Part shown: positions 1-8,283 of the stretch, one piece after another
How positions within the stretch are numbered: the first letter of the stretch is position 1
Layout of the letters: the number at the start of each line of letters is the position of its first letter
DNA from: Gaiellales bacterium
GTDB taxonomy: Bacteria; Actinomycetota; Thermoleophilia; Gaiellales; JAICJC01
Assembly: GCA_038230835.1 (NCBI GenBank)
Contig: JBBRMM010000011.1
Coordinates: 52,529-116,528, forward strand
Reading direction: 5' to 3'
Length of the DNA: 64,000 nucleotides
Translations under genes and position numbers: made by a program
Notes under the pieces: generated by a model
Databases searched by the model: none
What the model saw: only the letters and a program-made list of their open reading frames with translations
What the model was told of the DNA's origin: nothing

Positions 1-2
1 GC

Positions 3-437
3 GACGGTTTGCTGCTGGTGCCCGACGTCGCCGTCGTCCTGGCCGGAATCGGGGTGGCGGGCGTCGGCATCTCGTGGGCGGTGATCGGGTTCGGCACCGC
101 GATCCAGCTGCGCACTCCGCCCGACCTTCAGGGTCGCGTGTACTCGGCGGCCGACACGCTCGTCGGGGTGCCGCAGACGTTCTCGATCGCTCTCGGCGCG
201 GTGGCGTCCACGGTTGTCGACTTCCGGCTGCTGCTGATCGTGATGGCCGTCGTGACCGCCGGGTGCGGTGCGGTGCTGGCCGTCCGTGGCGAGGCTGATC
301 GCCCCCCTGCTGACTACACTCCGCCGGATGCTCAACTCGCTCAACCATTGGGTGCAGACGACGGTGGGGAACCACGGCCTGCCGGCGGTGTTCGCGCTGA
401 TGGTGCTGGAGAGCGCGTGCATCCCCGTCCCGAGTGA
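3..437 (+). CDS. Membrane transporter (MFS-like), C-terminal fragment; 5' end lies outside the window
   Basis: The ORF is open to the window edge. It has hydrophobic TM-like stretches (VAVVLAGIGVAGVGISWAVIGFG, LLLIVMAVVTAGCGAVLAV). The low-complexity tail overlaps the next gene, so the true 3' end is uncertain. Confidence 0.4.
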   Translation, partial: DGLLLVPDVAVVLAGIGVAGVGISWAVIGFGTAIQLRTPPDLQGRVYSAADTLVGVPQTFSIALGAVASTVVDFRLLLIVMAVVTAGCGAVLAVRGEADRPPADYTPPDAQLAQPLGADDGGEPRPAGGVRADGAGERVHPRPE

Positions 438-921
438 GGTGACCATGATCTTCGCGGGCTATCTGGTCTCGCAGGGCCGGATGAGCTTCGTGGCGGCGGT
501 GCTGGTCGGCTCGTTCGCCAACCTGGTCGGGTCGTGGATCGCGTGGGCGGCGGGGGCCTACGGCGTCGACTCGGTGCTCATGCGCTCGGCCGCCAACCGG
601 CGCCACCTCGAGCAAGCAACCCGCTGGTTCGAGCGCTACGGCACGCCCACGGTGTTCTTCTCGCGGATGCTCCCGCTCGTGCGCACGTTCATCTCCCTGC
701 CGGCCGGTATTGCCCGGATGCCGCTCGGACGGTTCTCAGCTCTGACCTTCCTCGGCTGCCTGCCGTGGTGCCTGCTGCTGGTGGCGATCGGCGATGTGGC
801 CGGGAACAACTGGGACTCCTGGCACCAGCGCCTGCACTATCTGGACTACCTGATGCTGGCAGCGGCGTTCGCGATCGTGGTGGCCTGGGTACTGCGTCGG
901 CGGCGCGCGGTCGCAAACTAA
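328..921 (+). CDS. DedA/SNARE-associated family membrane protein
   Basis: ORF 268..921 with the start moved to the Met at 328. DedA-like core is present (LPAVFALMVLESACIPVPSEV, FFSRMLPLVRTFISLPAG). Confidence 0.75.
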   Translation: MLNSLNHWVQTTVGNHGLPAVFALMVLESACIPVPSEVTMIFAGYLVSQGRMSFVAAVLVGSFANLVGSWIAWAAGAYGVDSVLMRSAANRRHLEQATRWFERYGTPTVFFSRMLPLVRTFISLPAGIARMPLGRFSALTFLGCLPWCLLLVAIGDVAGNNWDSWHQRLHYLDYLMLAAAFAIVVAWVLRRRRAVAN

Positions 922-947
922 GCTTCGCCGTCGTGCCGGTGCCCCTG

Positions 948-2042
948 ATGGACATCCGCGGCCAGTACGCCGCTCTGCTGCCCGAGATCAAGCAGGCCGT
1001 AGCCGACGTGATCGAGTCCGGCCGCTTCATCCTGGGGCCGAACGGGCGGGCGCTCGAGGAGGAGATCGCAGCGTCGGTCGGCGCCGGCCACGCTGTCGGG
1101 GTGGCCAACGGTACGGATGCGCTGGTGATCGGTCTGGAGGCCCTGGGTATCGGCCGCGGCGACGAGGTGATCACGACGCCGTTCACGTTCTATGCGACCG
1201 CCGAGGCGATCGCTCGGGTCGGGGCGACGCCGGTGTTCGCCGACATCGATCCGGCCACCTTCAACATCGATCCGGCAGCGGCCGAGGCCGCCGTCACCGA
1301 GCGCACCCGCGCCCTGATGGTCGTCCACGTGTTCGGTCAGCCTGCCGACATGGGCGCCTTCCGGGATCTGTGCGATCGCTACGGCCTGGCGCTGATCGAG
1401 GACGCGGCGCAGGCCTTCGGCGCATCCTACGAGGGCCGCGGCGCCGGCAGCCTCGGTGATCTCGCCACCTTCTCGTTCTTCCCGACCAAGAACTTCCCGG
1501 CCATGGGCGATGCGGGCATGGTGGTCAGCTCGAGCGGCGAGCTGGCCGAGCGGGTGCGCATGCTGCGCTTCCACGGCTCGCGGGACAAGCGAAGCTTCGA
1601 GTACGTCGGCGTGAACTCCCGGCTGGACGAGATTCAGGCGGTGATCCTGCGCCGGTTCCTGCCCGAGGTGGACGGCTGGAACGACGCTCGCCGCACGGTC
1701 GCGGCGCGCTATGGGCAGCTGGGACTCGGTGAGCTGGTCGTTCTCCCGGTGGAGCCACCCGGGCGGCGGCACATCTACCACCTGTACGTCGTTCGCAGCG
1801 ACCGTAGAGACGCACTGGTGCGGGGTCTGCGGGACGCCGGCATCGGCGTCAACACCTACTACGACACTCCGCTCCACCTGCAGCCGGTATTCGCGCATCT
1901 CGGGCACCGTGAGGGCTCGTTCCCGGAAGCCGAGCGGGCGGGGCGGGAGACGCTGGCGCTGCCCATGTTCCCGACGCTCACCGAGGTCCAGCAGCTCGAA
2001 GTCGTGGATGCGGTGCGCGCCGCATGCCAGGCGGCCGCGTAG
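948..2042 (+). CDS. DegT/DnrJ/EryC1/StrS-family PLP-dependent sugar aminotransferase
   Basis: This is the C-terminal 365 aa of ORF 534..2042, starting at the ATG at 948 (MDIRGQY). Family-typical segments are present: GRFILGPNGRALEEEIA, ANGTDAL, TTPFTFYATAEAI, FSFFPTKNF (Lys region), NSRLDEIQA. Confidence 0.9.
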   Translation: MDIRGQYAALLPEIKQAVADVIESGRFILGPNGRALEEEIAASVGAGHAVGVANGTDALVIGLEALGIGRGDEVITTPFTFYATAEAIARVGATPVFADIDPATFNIDPAAAEAAVTERTRALMVVHVFGQPADMGAFRDLCDRYGLALIEDAAQAFGASYEGRGAGSLGDLATFSFFPTKNFPAMGDAGMVVSSSGELAERVRMLRFHGSRDKRSFEYVGVNSRLDEIQAVILRRFLPEVDGWNDARRTVAARYGQLGLGELVVLPVEPPGRRHIYHLYVVRSDRRDALVRGLRDAGIGVNTYYDTPLHLQPVFAHLGHREGSFPEAERAGRETLALPMFPTLTEVQQLEVVDAVRAACQAAA

Positions 2043-2055
2043 GCTGCTCCAGACC

Positions 2056-3063
2056 GTGAAGGTCTGGATCGATCTCACCAACTCGCCGCACGTGGTCATC
2101 TTCGCGCCGCTCGTCGAACGGATGCGTGCGCGCGGCTGGGAGGTGCGGGTCACGGCCCGCGACTTCGCCCAGACGCTCGAGCTGCTCGAGTTGCACCGCA
2201 TCGAGCACACGGTGATCGGCCATCATGGCGGCGGTTCGCGGATCGGCAAGGCGCGGGCGGCGGGCGACCGGGTGGCGGGGATGGTGCGCTTCGGCAGGCG
2301 GGGGCGCTTCGAGGTGGCGGTTGCCCACGGCTCGACCGACCTGCCGATGGCCTGTCGCGTGCTGCGGATTCGCAACACGACGATGTTCGACTACGAGTTC
2401 GCTCGGCTTCAACATTCGCTCAACTGCCGGCTTGCGCAGCGGGTGCTGATCCCCGATGCGATCCCACCCGAGCGTGTGTCGCGCTACGGGGCACGCGGCG
2501 GCCGGCTGGTGCGCTATCCGGGGCTCAAGGAGGAGTACTACCTGGCCGGGTTCGAGCCCGATCCAGAGGTGCCGCTGTCGCTCGGTCTGGACGGTTCCCG
2601 GATCGGGATGGTGTTGCGGCCGCCGGCCGACGTGGCTCTGTACCACCGGTTCGAGAACCCGCTCTTCGACGAGCTGCTGGAACATCTGGCGGCGCGGGAC
2701 GACGTGCGGGCCGTGGTGCTCCCGCGCACGCCCGAGCAGGCCCAGCGGATCCGCCGGCTCGAACTACCGTCGCTGGTCGTGCCGGAGCGTGCGGTTGACG
2801 GCCACAGCCTCGTGGCGGGGGCCGACCTGGTGGTGAGCGCCGGTGGCACCATGAACCGCGAGGCGGTGGTGCTGGGCACCCCGGTGTACACGACCTTCGC
2901 CGGACGGCTGGGCGGCGTCGACGAGCGGCTGATCGCCGAGGGCGCGCTGCGGCCGCTGACATCGCTCGAGGACCTCGTCATCGAGCGCAAGCCACTTGGT
3001 GGGACGCCGCGGCGGCGGCGCGATCCGGACCGGCTCGTCGACCTGGCGGTGGGGGGCTTGTGA
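2056..3063 (+). CDS. DUF354-domain protein (GT-B-like, glycan-cluster associated)
   Basis: In-frame GTG at 2056 within ORF 1711..3063. N-terminus VKVWIDLTNSPHVVIFAPLVERMRARGWEV and C-terminal SAGGTMNREAVVLGTPVYT are typical of DUF354 / epimerase-like GT-B proteins. Confidence 0.7.
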   Translation: MKVWIDLTNSPHVVIFAPLVERMRARGWEVRVTARDFAQTLELLELHRIEHTVIGHHGGGSRIGKARAAGDRVAGMVRFGRRGRFEVAVAHGSTDLPMACRVLRIRNTTMFDYEFARLQHSLNCRLAQRVLIPDAIPPERVSRYGARGGRLVRYPGLKEEYYLAGFEPDPEVPLSLGLDGSRIGMVLRPPADVALYHRFENPLFDELLEHLAARDDVRAVVLPRTPEQAQRIRRLELPSLVVPERAVDGHSLVAGADLVVSAGGTMNREAVVLGTPVYTTFAGRLGGVDERLIAEGALRPLTSLEDLVIERKPLGGTPRRRRDPDRLVDLAVGGL

Positions 3064-3154
3064 CCCACAGGTCAACTGTTGCCGCTCCCCGCGTCCTTGC
3101 GAGGCTCGGTTCTCGCCGTCCAGGACACCAGGGAGGTATCGATCAACCATCTGG

Positions 3155-3640
3155 CTAGGTGAACCGGACGACGTAGGTACCCGACCCGGCACCGGCTGTG
3201 AAGAAGAGCTCTGCGAGCCCGCGGCGGGAGGCGCGCCAGGTGATGTCGCGTGACCCCTCGGTGTGCATCGAGGCTCCACCGACCGTCAGCTCGACGGTCT
3301 GCGCGTCGAAGCCGAGATGGAAGCGAACGGTGGTCCCAACCTGCAGATGCAGGATGGGAACATGCGGCCATATCGACGGGTCAGTGGAGTCAGCGCATCG
3401 TTCGGAGTCGCCGGATTGCCAGCAGTTCGAGCCGAGCGCCATCCATCGCGAGCGGCGTGGTACTGCGCCATGGCGTCGGTCTCGCTCAGCCGCCCAGCCA
3501 GCCACGCCGCCAGCGCCTCGGCGAGGAGCACTGCATGGAGTCCCGCCGTGTCCATCCCCGCTCCCGTCCAGGGGTCCTGATGCACTGACGCGTCGCCGAC
3601 CAGCGCCCATCCGGGACCCGCCGGTCGCCGCACCCAGTTG
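3155..3640 (-). pseudogene. Remnant of an FAD-dependent monooxygenase/oxidoreductase (3' part only, probably frameshifted)
   Basis: ORF 3286..3633 encodes only the C-terminal FAD-fingerprint region (GWALVGDASVHQDPWTGAGMDTAGLHAVLLAEAL...AQYHAARD). The ~300-aa N-terminal part is missing, and the LysR gene occupies that space. Plausible continuation lies in a second frame (ORF 3155..3829 C-terminus). Confidence 0.45.
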
Positions 3641-3746
3641 GCCTCGGGTGGCCCACCCGCCGGGCGTCCGACGGGCGTCGCCCCAGCGGATGGCGGCGAT
3701 CGGTGTGCAGCTTATACCTGCCGGCCAACGTTGATAAGCTTCCCGT

Positions 3747-4661
3747 ATGGATCTCCGCCAGCTGCAGACGTTCGTCGAGGTGGCCGACCGCGGTTCGTTC
3801 TCGGCTGCTGCGCAGGCTCTCGGCGTCACTCAGCCGGCGGTGAGCCAGCAGATCCAGACACTCGAGCGCTCGCTGGGGGCGACCCTGATCGACCGTTCGG
3901 GCAGGCGCGCCGAGCCCACCCCGGCCGGCGAGCAACTGCATCGCTACGCGCTGCGGATGCTCGCGGTGCGCGACGAGTACGAACGTGACCGCGCATCGGG
4001 GGCGGAGGAGCTGATCGGGCACCTGCTGGTCGGCGCCAGCACCGGGCCGGGCGAGCACGTGCTGCCGGGCCTGCTGGGCGGCTTCCGAGCGGTGCACCCG
4101 CGGGTCAGCGTGACGTTGCGGGTGGAGGCCACCGGCACCGTTATCGAGCGTGTTCTCGAGCGCGAGCTCGAACTCGGAGTGGTGGGTTCCCGCCGGGCCC
4201 GTCGATCGCTGGTGTTCGAACCGTTCCTGCGCGACCGGGTGGTGCTCGCCGTGCCGGCCGGCCACCGCTTCGCGGGGCGGTTGGTGTCACTTGCCGAGTT
4301 GGTCGCCGAGCCGCTGATCGTGATGCAGGAGGGAGCGGGGGTACGAAGCGTGATCGAGGGCGAGTTGCGGCGGGTCGGAGTGCGGCCGCGGGAGCTGAAC
4401 GTGGCGATGGAGATGGGCCTTCAGGAGTCCGCGAAATCGGCGGTGGAAGCCGGGTACGGCGTGTCGTTCCTGTCCACGACAGCGATCGCCAAGGAGCTCG
4501 AGCTGGGATCACTCGCCACCGCCGAGGTGGATGGCATCGACCCGGCGCGCGACTTCTACTCGGTGCGCCTCGGATCGCGCAGAGCGGGTCGCTTGACCGG
4601 CGAGTTCGCAGCCTACTGCCGCCTGCAGCTTGCCGAATCGTTTGGCTCCAAATTCAGCTGA
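3747..4661 (+). CDS. LysR-family transcriptional regulator
   Basis: N-terminal HTH MDLRQLQTFVEVADRGSFSAAAQALGVTQPAVSQQIQTLE, followed by a LysR substrate-binding-type C-terminal domain. Confidence 0.92.
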   Translation: MDLRQLQTFVEVADRGSFSAAAQALGVTQPAVSQQIQTLERSLGATLIDRSGRRAEPTPAGEQLHRYALRMLAVRDEYERDRASGAEELIGHLLVGASTGPGEHVLPGLLGGFRAVHPRVSVTLRVEATGTVIERVLERELELGVVGSRRARRSLVFEPFLRDRVVLAVPAGHRFAGRLVSLAELVAEPLIVMQEGAGVRSVIEGELRRVGVRPRELNVAMEMGLQESAKSAVEAGYGVSFLSTTAIAKELELGSLATAEVDGIDPARDFYSVRLGSRRAGRLTGEFAAYCRLQLAESFGSKFS

Positions 4662-4673
4662 CCTCGGTGATCC

Positions 4674-4703
4674 GCCTCGGGGCCGGGCTACCGGCCCCGA
4701 GGC
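4674..4703. terminator. Bidirectional stem-loop between convergent genes
   Basis: Perfect 13-bp GC-rich stem (gcctcggggccgg / ccggccccgaggc) with 4-nt loop gcta. It lies between the LysR stop (4661) and the stop of the minus-strand small ORF (4708). There is no U-tract. Confidence 0.55.
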
Positions 4704-4707
4704 GCAG

Positions 4708-4869
4708 TCAGGCCTGGCTGTCGCCGCCGGTGGCGGGCTGCCGCTGCTGCTGGGCGTAGTACCAGGCCAGCAGCCGCTGCACGTCGACCGGTTCGTCGAC
4801 GTCGCCGCAGGCGTCGTGCTCCTCCTGCAGCGCGAAGGCTCGCAGGTTGAGCGCGTCCGAGCGTTGCAT
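4708..4869 (-). CDS. Hypothetical small protein (53 aa)
   Basis: Met at 4869 within ORF 4708..5175, preceded by GGGGGGGA 9 nt upstream. Acidic, non-low-complexity sequence (MQRSDALNLRAFALQEEHDACGDVDEPVDVQRLLAWYYAQQ). No family recognised. Confidence 0.3.
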   Translation of the reverse strand: MQRSDALNLRAFALQEEHDACGDVDEPVDVQRLLAWYYAQQQRQPATGGDSQA

Positions 4870-4957
4870 GGTTCCGATTCCCCCCCGGGTATCGTGTCGC
4901 GGAATTACCGCCGGCATGAGATCCATCGGCCGGCGGCTGCTGCGAGGCGATCCCCTG

Positions 4958-5218
4958 TTACGGGGTGTCGAGCCGGGCGTCCAGGCTCGCCCAGAAGCTG
5001 GCCAGCAGCGCCTCGGCCAGGCGCGGGTCGGTGTGCGCCGGGTTGAACACGTTCCGGTCGGCGTCGGCGCACACCTCGATCTCGGACAGGCGCACCGCAC
5101 CGAGCGCCACCACCACGTCGTGCGGCAGTTGGAGCTCGTCCGCGGTGTAGTGCTTGAAGTGCAGGTCGGGAGCACGGTCGAGCAGTTGGGGCCAGTCGGG
5201 GCATGAGCGCGTCGCCAT
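4958..5218 (-). CDS. Hypothetical protein (86 aa), translationally coupled to the Wzz-like gene
   Basis: The ATG at 5216..5218 overlaps the upstream stop (ATGA). The sequence MATRSCPDWPQLLDRAPDLHFKHYTADELQLPHDVVVALGAVRLSEIEV looks protein-like. No family recognised. Confidence 0.5.
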   Translation of the reverse strand: MATRSCPDWPQLLDRAPDLHFKHYTADELQLPHDVVVALGAVRLSEIEVCADADRNVFNPAHTDPRLAEALLASFWASLDARLDTP

Positions 5219-6132
5219 CACGCCACCGCGCGGTTCGCCGGCCGGCGCCGCAGCGCGTCCCACGCCAGCGCCAGCCCGATTCCGACGATCAGGCCGACGA
5301 AGGCGGCGACGATCAGCGAGCTGCGCCGGTTGGTGGCCGACACCGAGTGGCCGTTGGCCTTGGTGGACACATAGGCAGACTCGATGTTCTTCGCGCTGAC
5401 GAGCTGCAGGCGGTTGAGCGACAGCTGCGACTGCGTCCCGTTGATGTTGGCGGTATTGGACGAGATTCCGGACAGCAGCGTCGCCAGAATGGCTGCTTTG
5501 CTGGCATCTGTGCCCGCGCCGCGCGCGAGTTCGTCGGCGGTCTTCTGAGCGACTGCGTTGTTTGCGGTGAGCCGTTCGATCGTCGCCTGTTCTGTTGAGA
5601 TCGAATCGTCGAGGATGGTGATCTTCTGGTTCACGTACGCGTTCGCCGACTGCGCCACCAGCGCGGCCAGGCTGTTGGCGATGATTCCCGCCCTCCGGGC
5701 TCCCCACGGTCCCTGGGCCTCGACCGAATAGAAGCTGTTGCCGGCAGTCGTCTTGGTGCCCGAGGTGGTGGAGGTCGTGGAGGAGAGCAGGTGGGCGGTG
5801 ACGCGCCCGCTGAGCGTCCCGGGCAGCACGCCTGCCGCGCGTGCGGCCGCGCTCTCTGCGCTGTCGGAGGTGATCACGTGGGTGACGGCCGACGGGTTGG
5901 CGTAGGGGGGGTAGGCCAGAACCCCGCCGCCGGGAGCCAGCGGCTGCCCCATGTACACCGTAGCGGTGGCGTCGTACTGGCCGTGGGTCGAGCTGACGCC
6001 CTTCAGCACCACCAGCCCGACGGCGACGACGATCGTGAGCACGATCACGTACCACCGGCCCGCCGCCCGCTGTGCGTACTCGGAGACCCGCACCTCGGTG
6101 GTGCGCGTCTCAGCGGGCGGGCTGGATGACAT
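5218..6132 (-). CDS. Polysaccharide chain-length determinant (Wzz/PCP-like) membrane protein
   Basis: Real part of ORF 5218..7020, starting at the ATG at 6130..6132 (MSSSPPAETR). It has an N-terminal TM (WYVIVLTIVVAVGLVVL), a long Ser/Thr/Ala-rich coiled middle and a C-terminal TM (LIVAAFVGLIVGIGLALAW). No kinase domain. Confidence 0.6.
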   Translation of the reverse strand: MSSSPPAETRTTEVRVSEYAQRAAGRWYVIVLTIVVAVGLVVLKGVSSTHGQYDATATVYMGQPLAPGGGVLAYPPYANPSAVTHVITSDSAESAAARAAGVLPGTLSGRVTAHLLSSTTSTTSGTKTTAGNSFYSVEAQGPWGARRAGIIANSLAALVAQSANAYVNQKITILDDSISTEQATIERLTANNAVAQKTADELARGAGTDASKAAILATLLSGISSNTANINGTQSQLSLNRLQLVSAKNIESAYVSTKANGHSVSATNRRSSLIVAAFVGLIVGIGLALAWDALRRRPANRAVA

Positions 6133-6155
6133 GGGGCGGTAGTCTAGCCCCGGCC

Positions 6156-7301
6156 ATGGCCGCCAGTCCCGACAACCGTGCGCTCGATGTGGCGCTGATT
6201 GATCCGTCGGGCTACTCCCGGCCCTACGACCACGAGTTGGCCCGGGGCCTCGCCGTCCGCGGCCACCGGGTCTCGCTATGGACGGCCCGATTCGTCCACG
6301 GGGATGCCCCGCGGCCCGTTGGCTACGCCGTCGAGGAAGTGTTCTACGCACGCAGCAACCGGTTGTCGGCGCCGGCGGCGGCGCGTAGGCCCGCCAAGGC
6401 CGCCGAGCACCTCGCCGGCCTGGCCACGCTGCGCCGCCGGCTTCTCGCCCGGCGCCCCGACGTGGTGCACGTCCAGTGGTCGGTCCTGCGACCCGTGGAG
6501 CGGCGGTTCTATCGCTCGCTCGCCGCTGCCGGTCTGCCGCTGGTACACACGGCGCACGATCCGCTGCCGAACGTCGGCGGCGAGTCGAGGCGGCGATCCG
6601 TGGCGGCCACCGCGCGAGTCTTCGACCGGGTGATCGTGCACAGCGAGTGGGGGCGGCGTGCGCTGGTCGAGCGATGCGGCGTCGAGCCGGGGCGCGTGCG
6701 GGTCGTGCCACACGGCGTCCTCGGCTATCTGAACGAGGCGCCTTCGGTGCCGCCGCCGGTCGATGTCGTCGGGCCGCTGGTGGTTCTGCCGGGGCTGATC
6801 CGCTCGTACAAGGGGGTGGACGTGCTGCTGCGGGCGTGGCCGGCGGTATGCGCTCGGGTGCCGTCCGCGCAGTTGGTGATCGCCGGGAGGCCGATGATGG
6901 ACATCGGTTCGCTGCAGATCGGCCAACCGGGTGTGACGCTGCTGCCCCGCTTCCTGTCAGATGCCGAACTGGCGGCGCTGATCCGTGCCGCGGATCTGGT
7001 CGCGTTGCCATACCGGACAATCGACAACTCCGGCGTGGTGTTCGCCGCCCTGGCGCTCGGCGCTCCGCTCGTGCTCAGCGACGTGGGAGGGTTCCGCGAG
7101 TTGCATGACCTGTGGGGCATCGGGGTGCTCGTCCCGGTCGGCGACCATCACGCGCTCGCCGATGCCATAGCCGAGCTGCTGGAGCATCCGGACAGGCGTG
7201 AGGCGCTCGGCCGGACCGGCGCGGCGGCCGCATCCGGCGCGTTCTCGTGGACGGCGATAGCCGCTGCCACCGAGGCGGTCTACCGCGAGCTGGTGCAGTG
7301 A
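6156..7301 (+). CDS. Glycosyltransferase family 4 (GT-B, GT1/GT4 type)
   Basis: ATG at 6156 in ORF 6072..7301. Typical C-terminal half: GLIRSYKGVDVLLRAW, LVIAGRP, ADLVALPYRTIDNSGVVFAALALGAPLVLSDVGGFRE. Confidence 0.85.
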   Translation: MAASPDNRALDVALIDPSGYSRPYDHELARGLAVRGHRVSLWTARFVHGDAPRPVGYAVEEVFYARSNRLSAPAAARRPAKAAEHLAGLATLRRRLLARRPDVVHVQWSVLRPVERRFYRSLAAAGLPLVHTAHDPLPNVGGESRRRSVAATARVFDRVIVHSEWGRRALVERCGVEPGRVRVVPHGVLGYLNEAPSVPPPVDVVGPLVVLPGLIRSYKGVDVLLRAWPAVCARVPSAQLVIAGRPMMDIGSLQIGQPGVTLLPRFLSDAELAALIRAADLVALPYRTIDNSGVVFAALALGAPLVLSDVGGFRELHDLWGIGVLVPVGDHHALADAIAELLEHPDRREALGRTGAAAASGAFSWTAIAAATEAVYRELVQ

Positions 7302-8272
7302 TTCCGCCTCTCTTCATCGTGGCGTGCGACCGCTCGGGGACGACCATGCTGCGCCTGATCCTCGACCGCAGCCCAGAGATCGCCATTCCCACGGAGTCGA
7401 TGATCCTGGTCGACTTCGCCCATCTTCGCTCCCGGTATGGGCCGCTGGACGCCGACGAGCAGTACGACCGGCTGGTGAGCGACGTGTGGCGGCACCTCAA
7501 GGTGCGCGAGTGGGGGCTGGTGTCCGCTCCGCCGCTGCGTGCCGGGCGGTCGGGTGGCGCTGCCTACCGGGCTGCCCTGGAGGCCCCGTACGAGGCCTAC
7601 GCCGCGATGCGCCGCAAGCCGCACTGGGGCGACAAGACGCCGTACTACGTGACCCACCTCGCGGAGGTCAAGCGCGTGTTTCCCGAGGCGCGGATCGTGA
7701 ACCTCGTGCGCGATGGCCGGGATGTGGCGCTGTCGCTGTTGCGCGTGCCGTTCGGGCCTGCGAACGTGTGGGCGGCCGCCCGCCAGTGGCGGGCGGCGGT
7801 GGACGCCGGGGACGACGCCCAGCGGCGCTGGGGCAAGGATGTGCTGACCGTGCGCTATGAGGACCTCGTGGGCGACCCGCCGGCGGTGGTGCGGCGGGTG
7901 TGCGAGTTTGCCGGGATCACGTACGACCCGGCCATGCTCGCCATCGAGGAGTCCGCCTCGGAGCGGCTCGCGGCCGGCCAGGAGAACTGGTTTCGCGAGT
8001 TGTACGCCGGTATCAACGCCGGGTCGGTGGGTAAGTGGCGGACGCGCATGTCGCCCCACTCGCAGGCCACCTTCGCCTCGATCGCCGGCGACGCGCTTCG
8101 CCGGCACGGATACGAGGTGTCCGTGACCGGCCCTCCGCCGCGCTGGCCGGAATCGGCATACCTGGTGCACAACTGGGTGGTGAAGGTGTGGCATTTCACC
8201 CGCCTCCACGTGATTCAGGAGCGCGGACGGGAGGTGCCGCACCTGATCCGCCGCCGTCTGCGCCGCCACTGA
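7298..8272 (+). CDS. Sulfotransferase-family protein (PAPS-dependent type)
   Basis: The GTG at 7298 overlaps the upstream stop (GTGA). 5'-PSB-like loop CDRSGTTML, 3'-PB-like VRDGRDVALS, and HWGDKTP. Confidence 0.8.
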   Translation: MIPPLFIVACDRSGTTMLRLILDRSPEIAIPTESMILVDFAHLRSRYGPLDADEQYDRLVSDVWRHLKVREWGLVSAPPLRAGRSGGAAYRAALEAPYEAYAAMRRKPHWGDKTPYYVTHLAEVKRVFPEARIVNLVRDGRDVALSLLRVPFGPANVWAAARQWRAAVDAGDDAQRRWGKDVLTVRYEDLVGDPPAVVRRVCEFAGITYDPAMLAIEESASERLAAGQENWFRELYAGINAGSVGKWRTRMSPHSQATFASIAGDALRRHGYEVSVTGPPPRWPESAYLVHNWVVKVWHFTRLHVIQERGREVPHLIRRRLRRH

Positions 8273-8283
8273 CCGCGGTGGGT

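Noticed and set aside
5218-7020. A 600-aa reading of the Wzz-like ORF. The same issue applies to 8284..9897 (537 aa), 12255..14018 (587 aa), 16264..18078 (604 aa) and 24795..26837 (680 aa).
   Set aside because: The N-terminal extensions are low-complexity and overlap the well-supported upstream gene. Internal ATG/GTG codons that form 4-nt or 1-nt overlaps with the upstream stop give proteins of normal family length.
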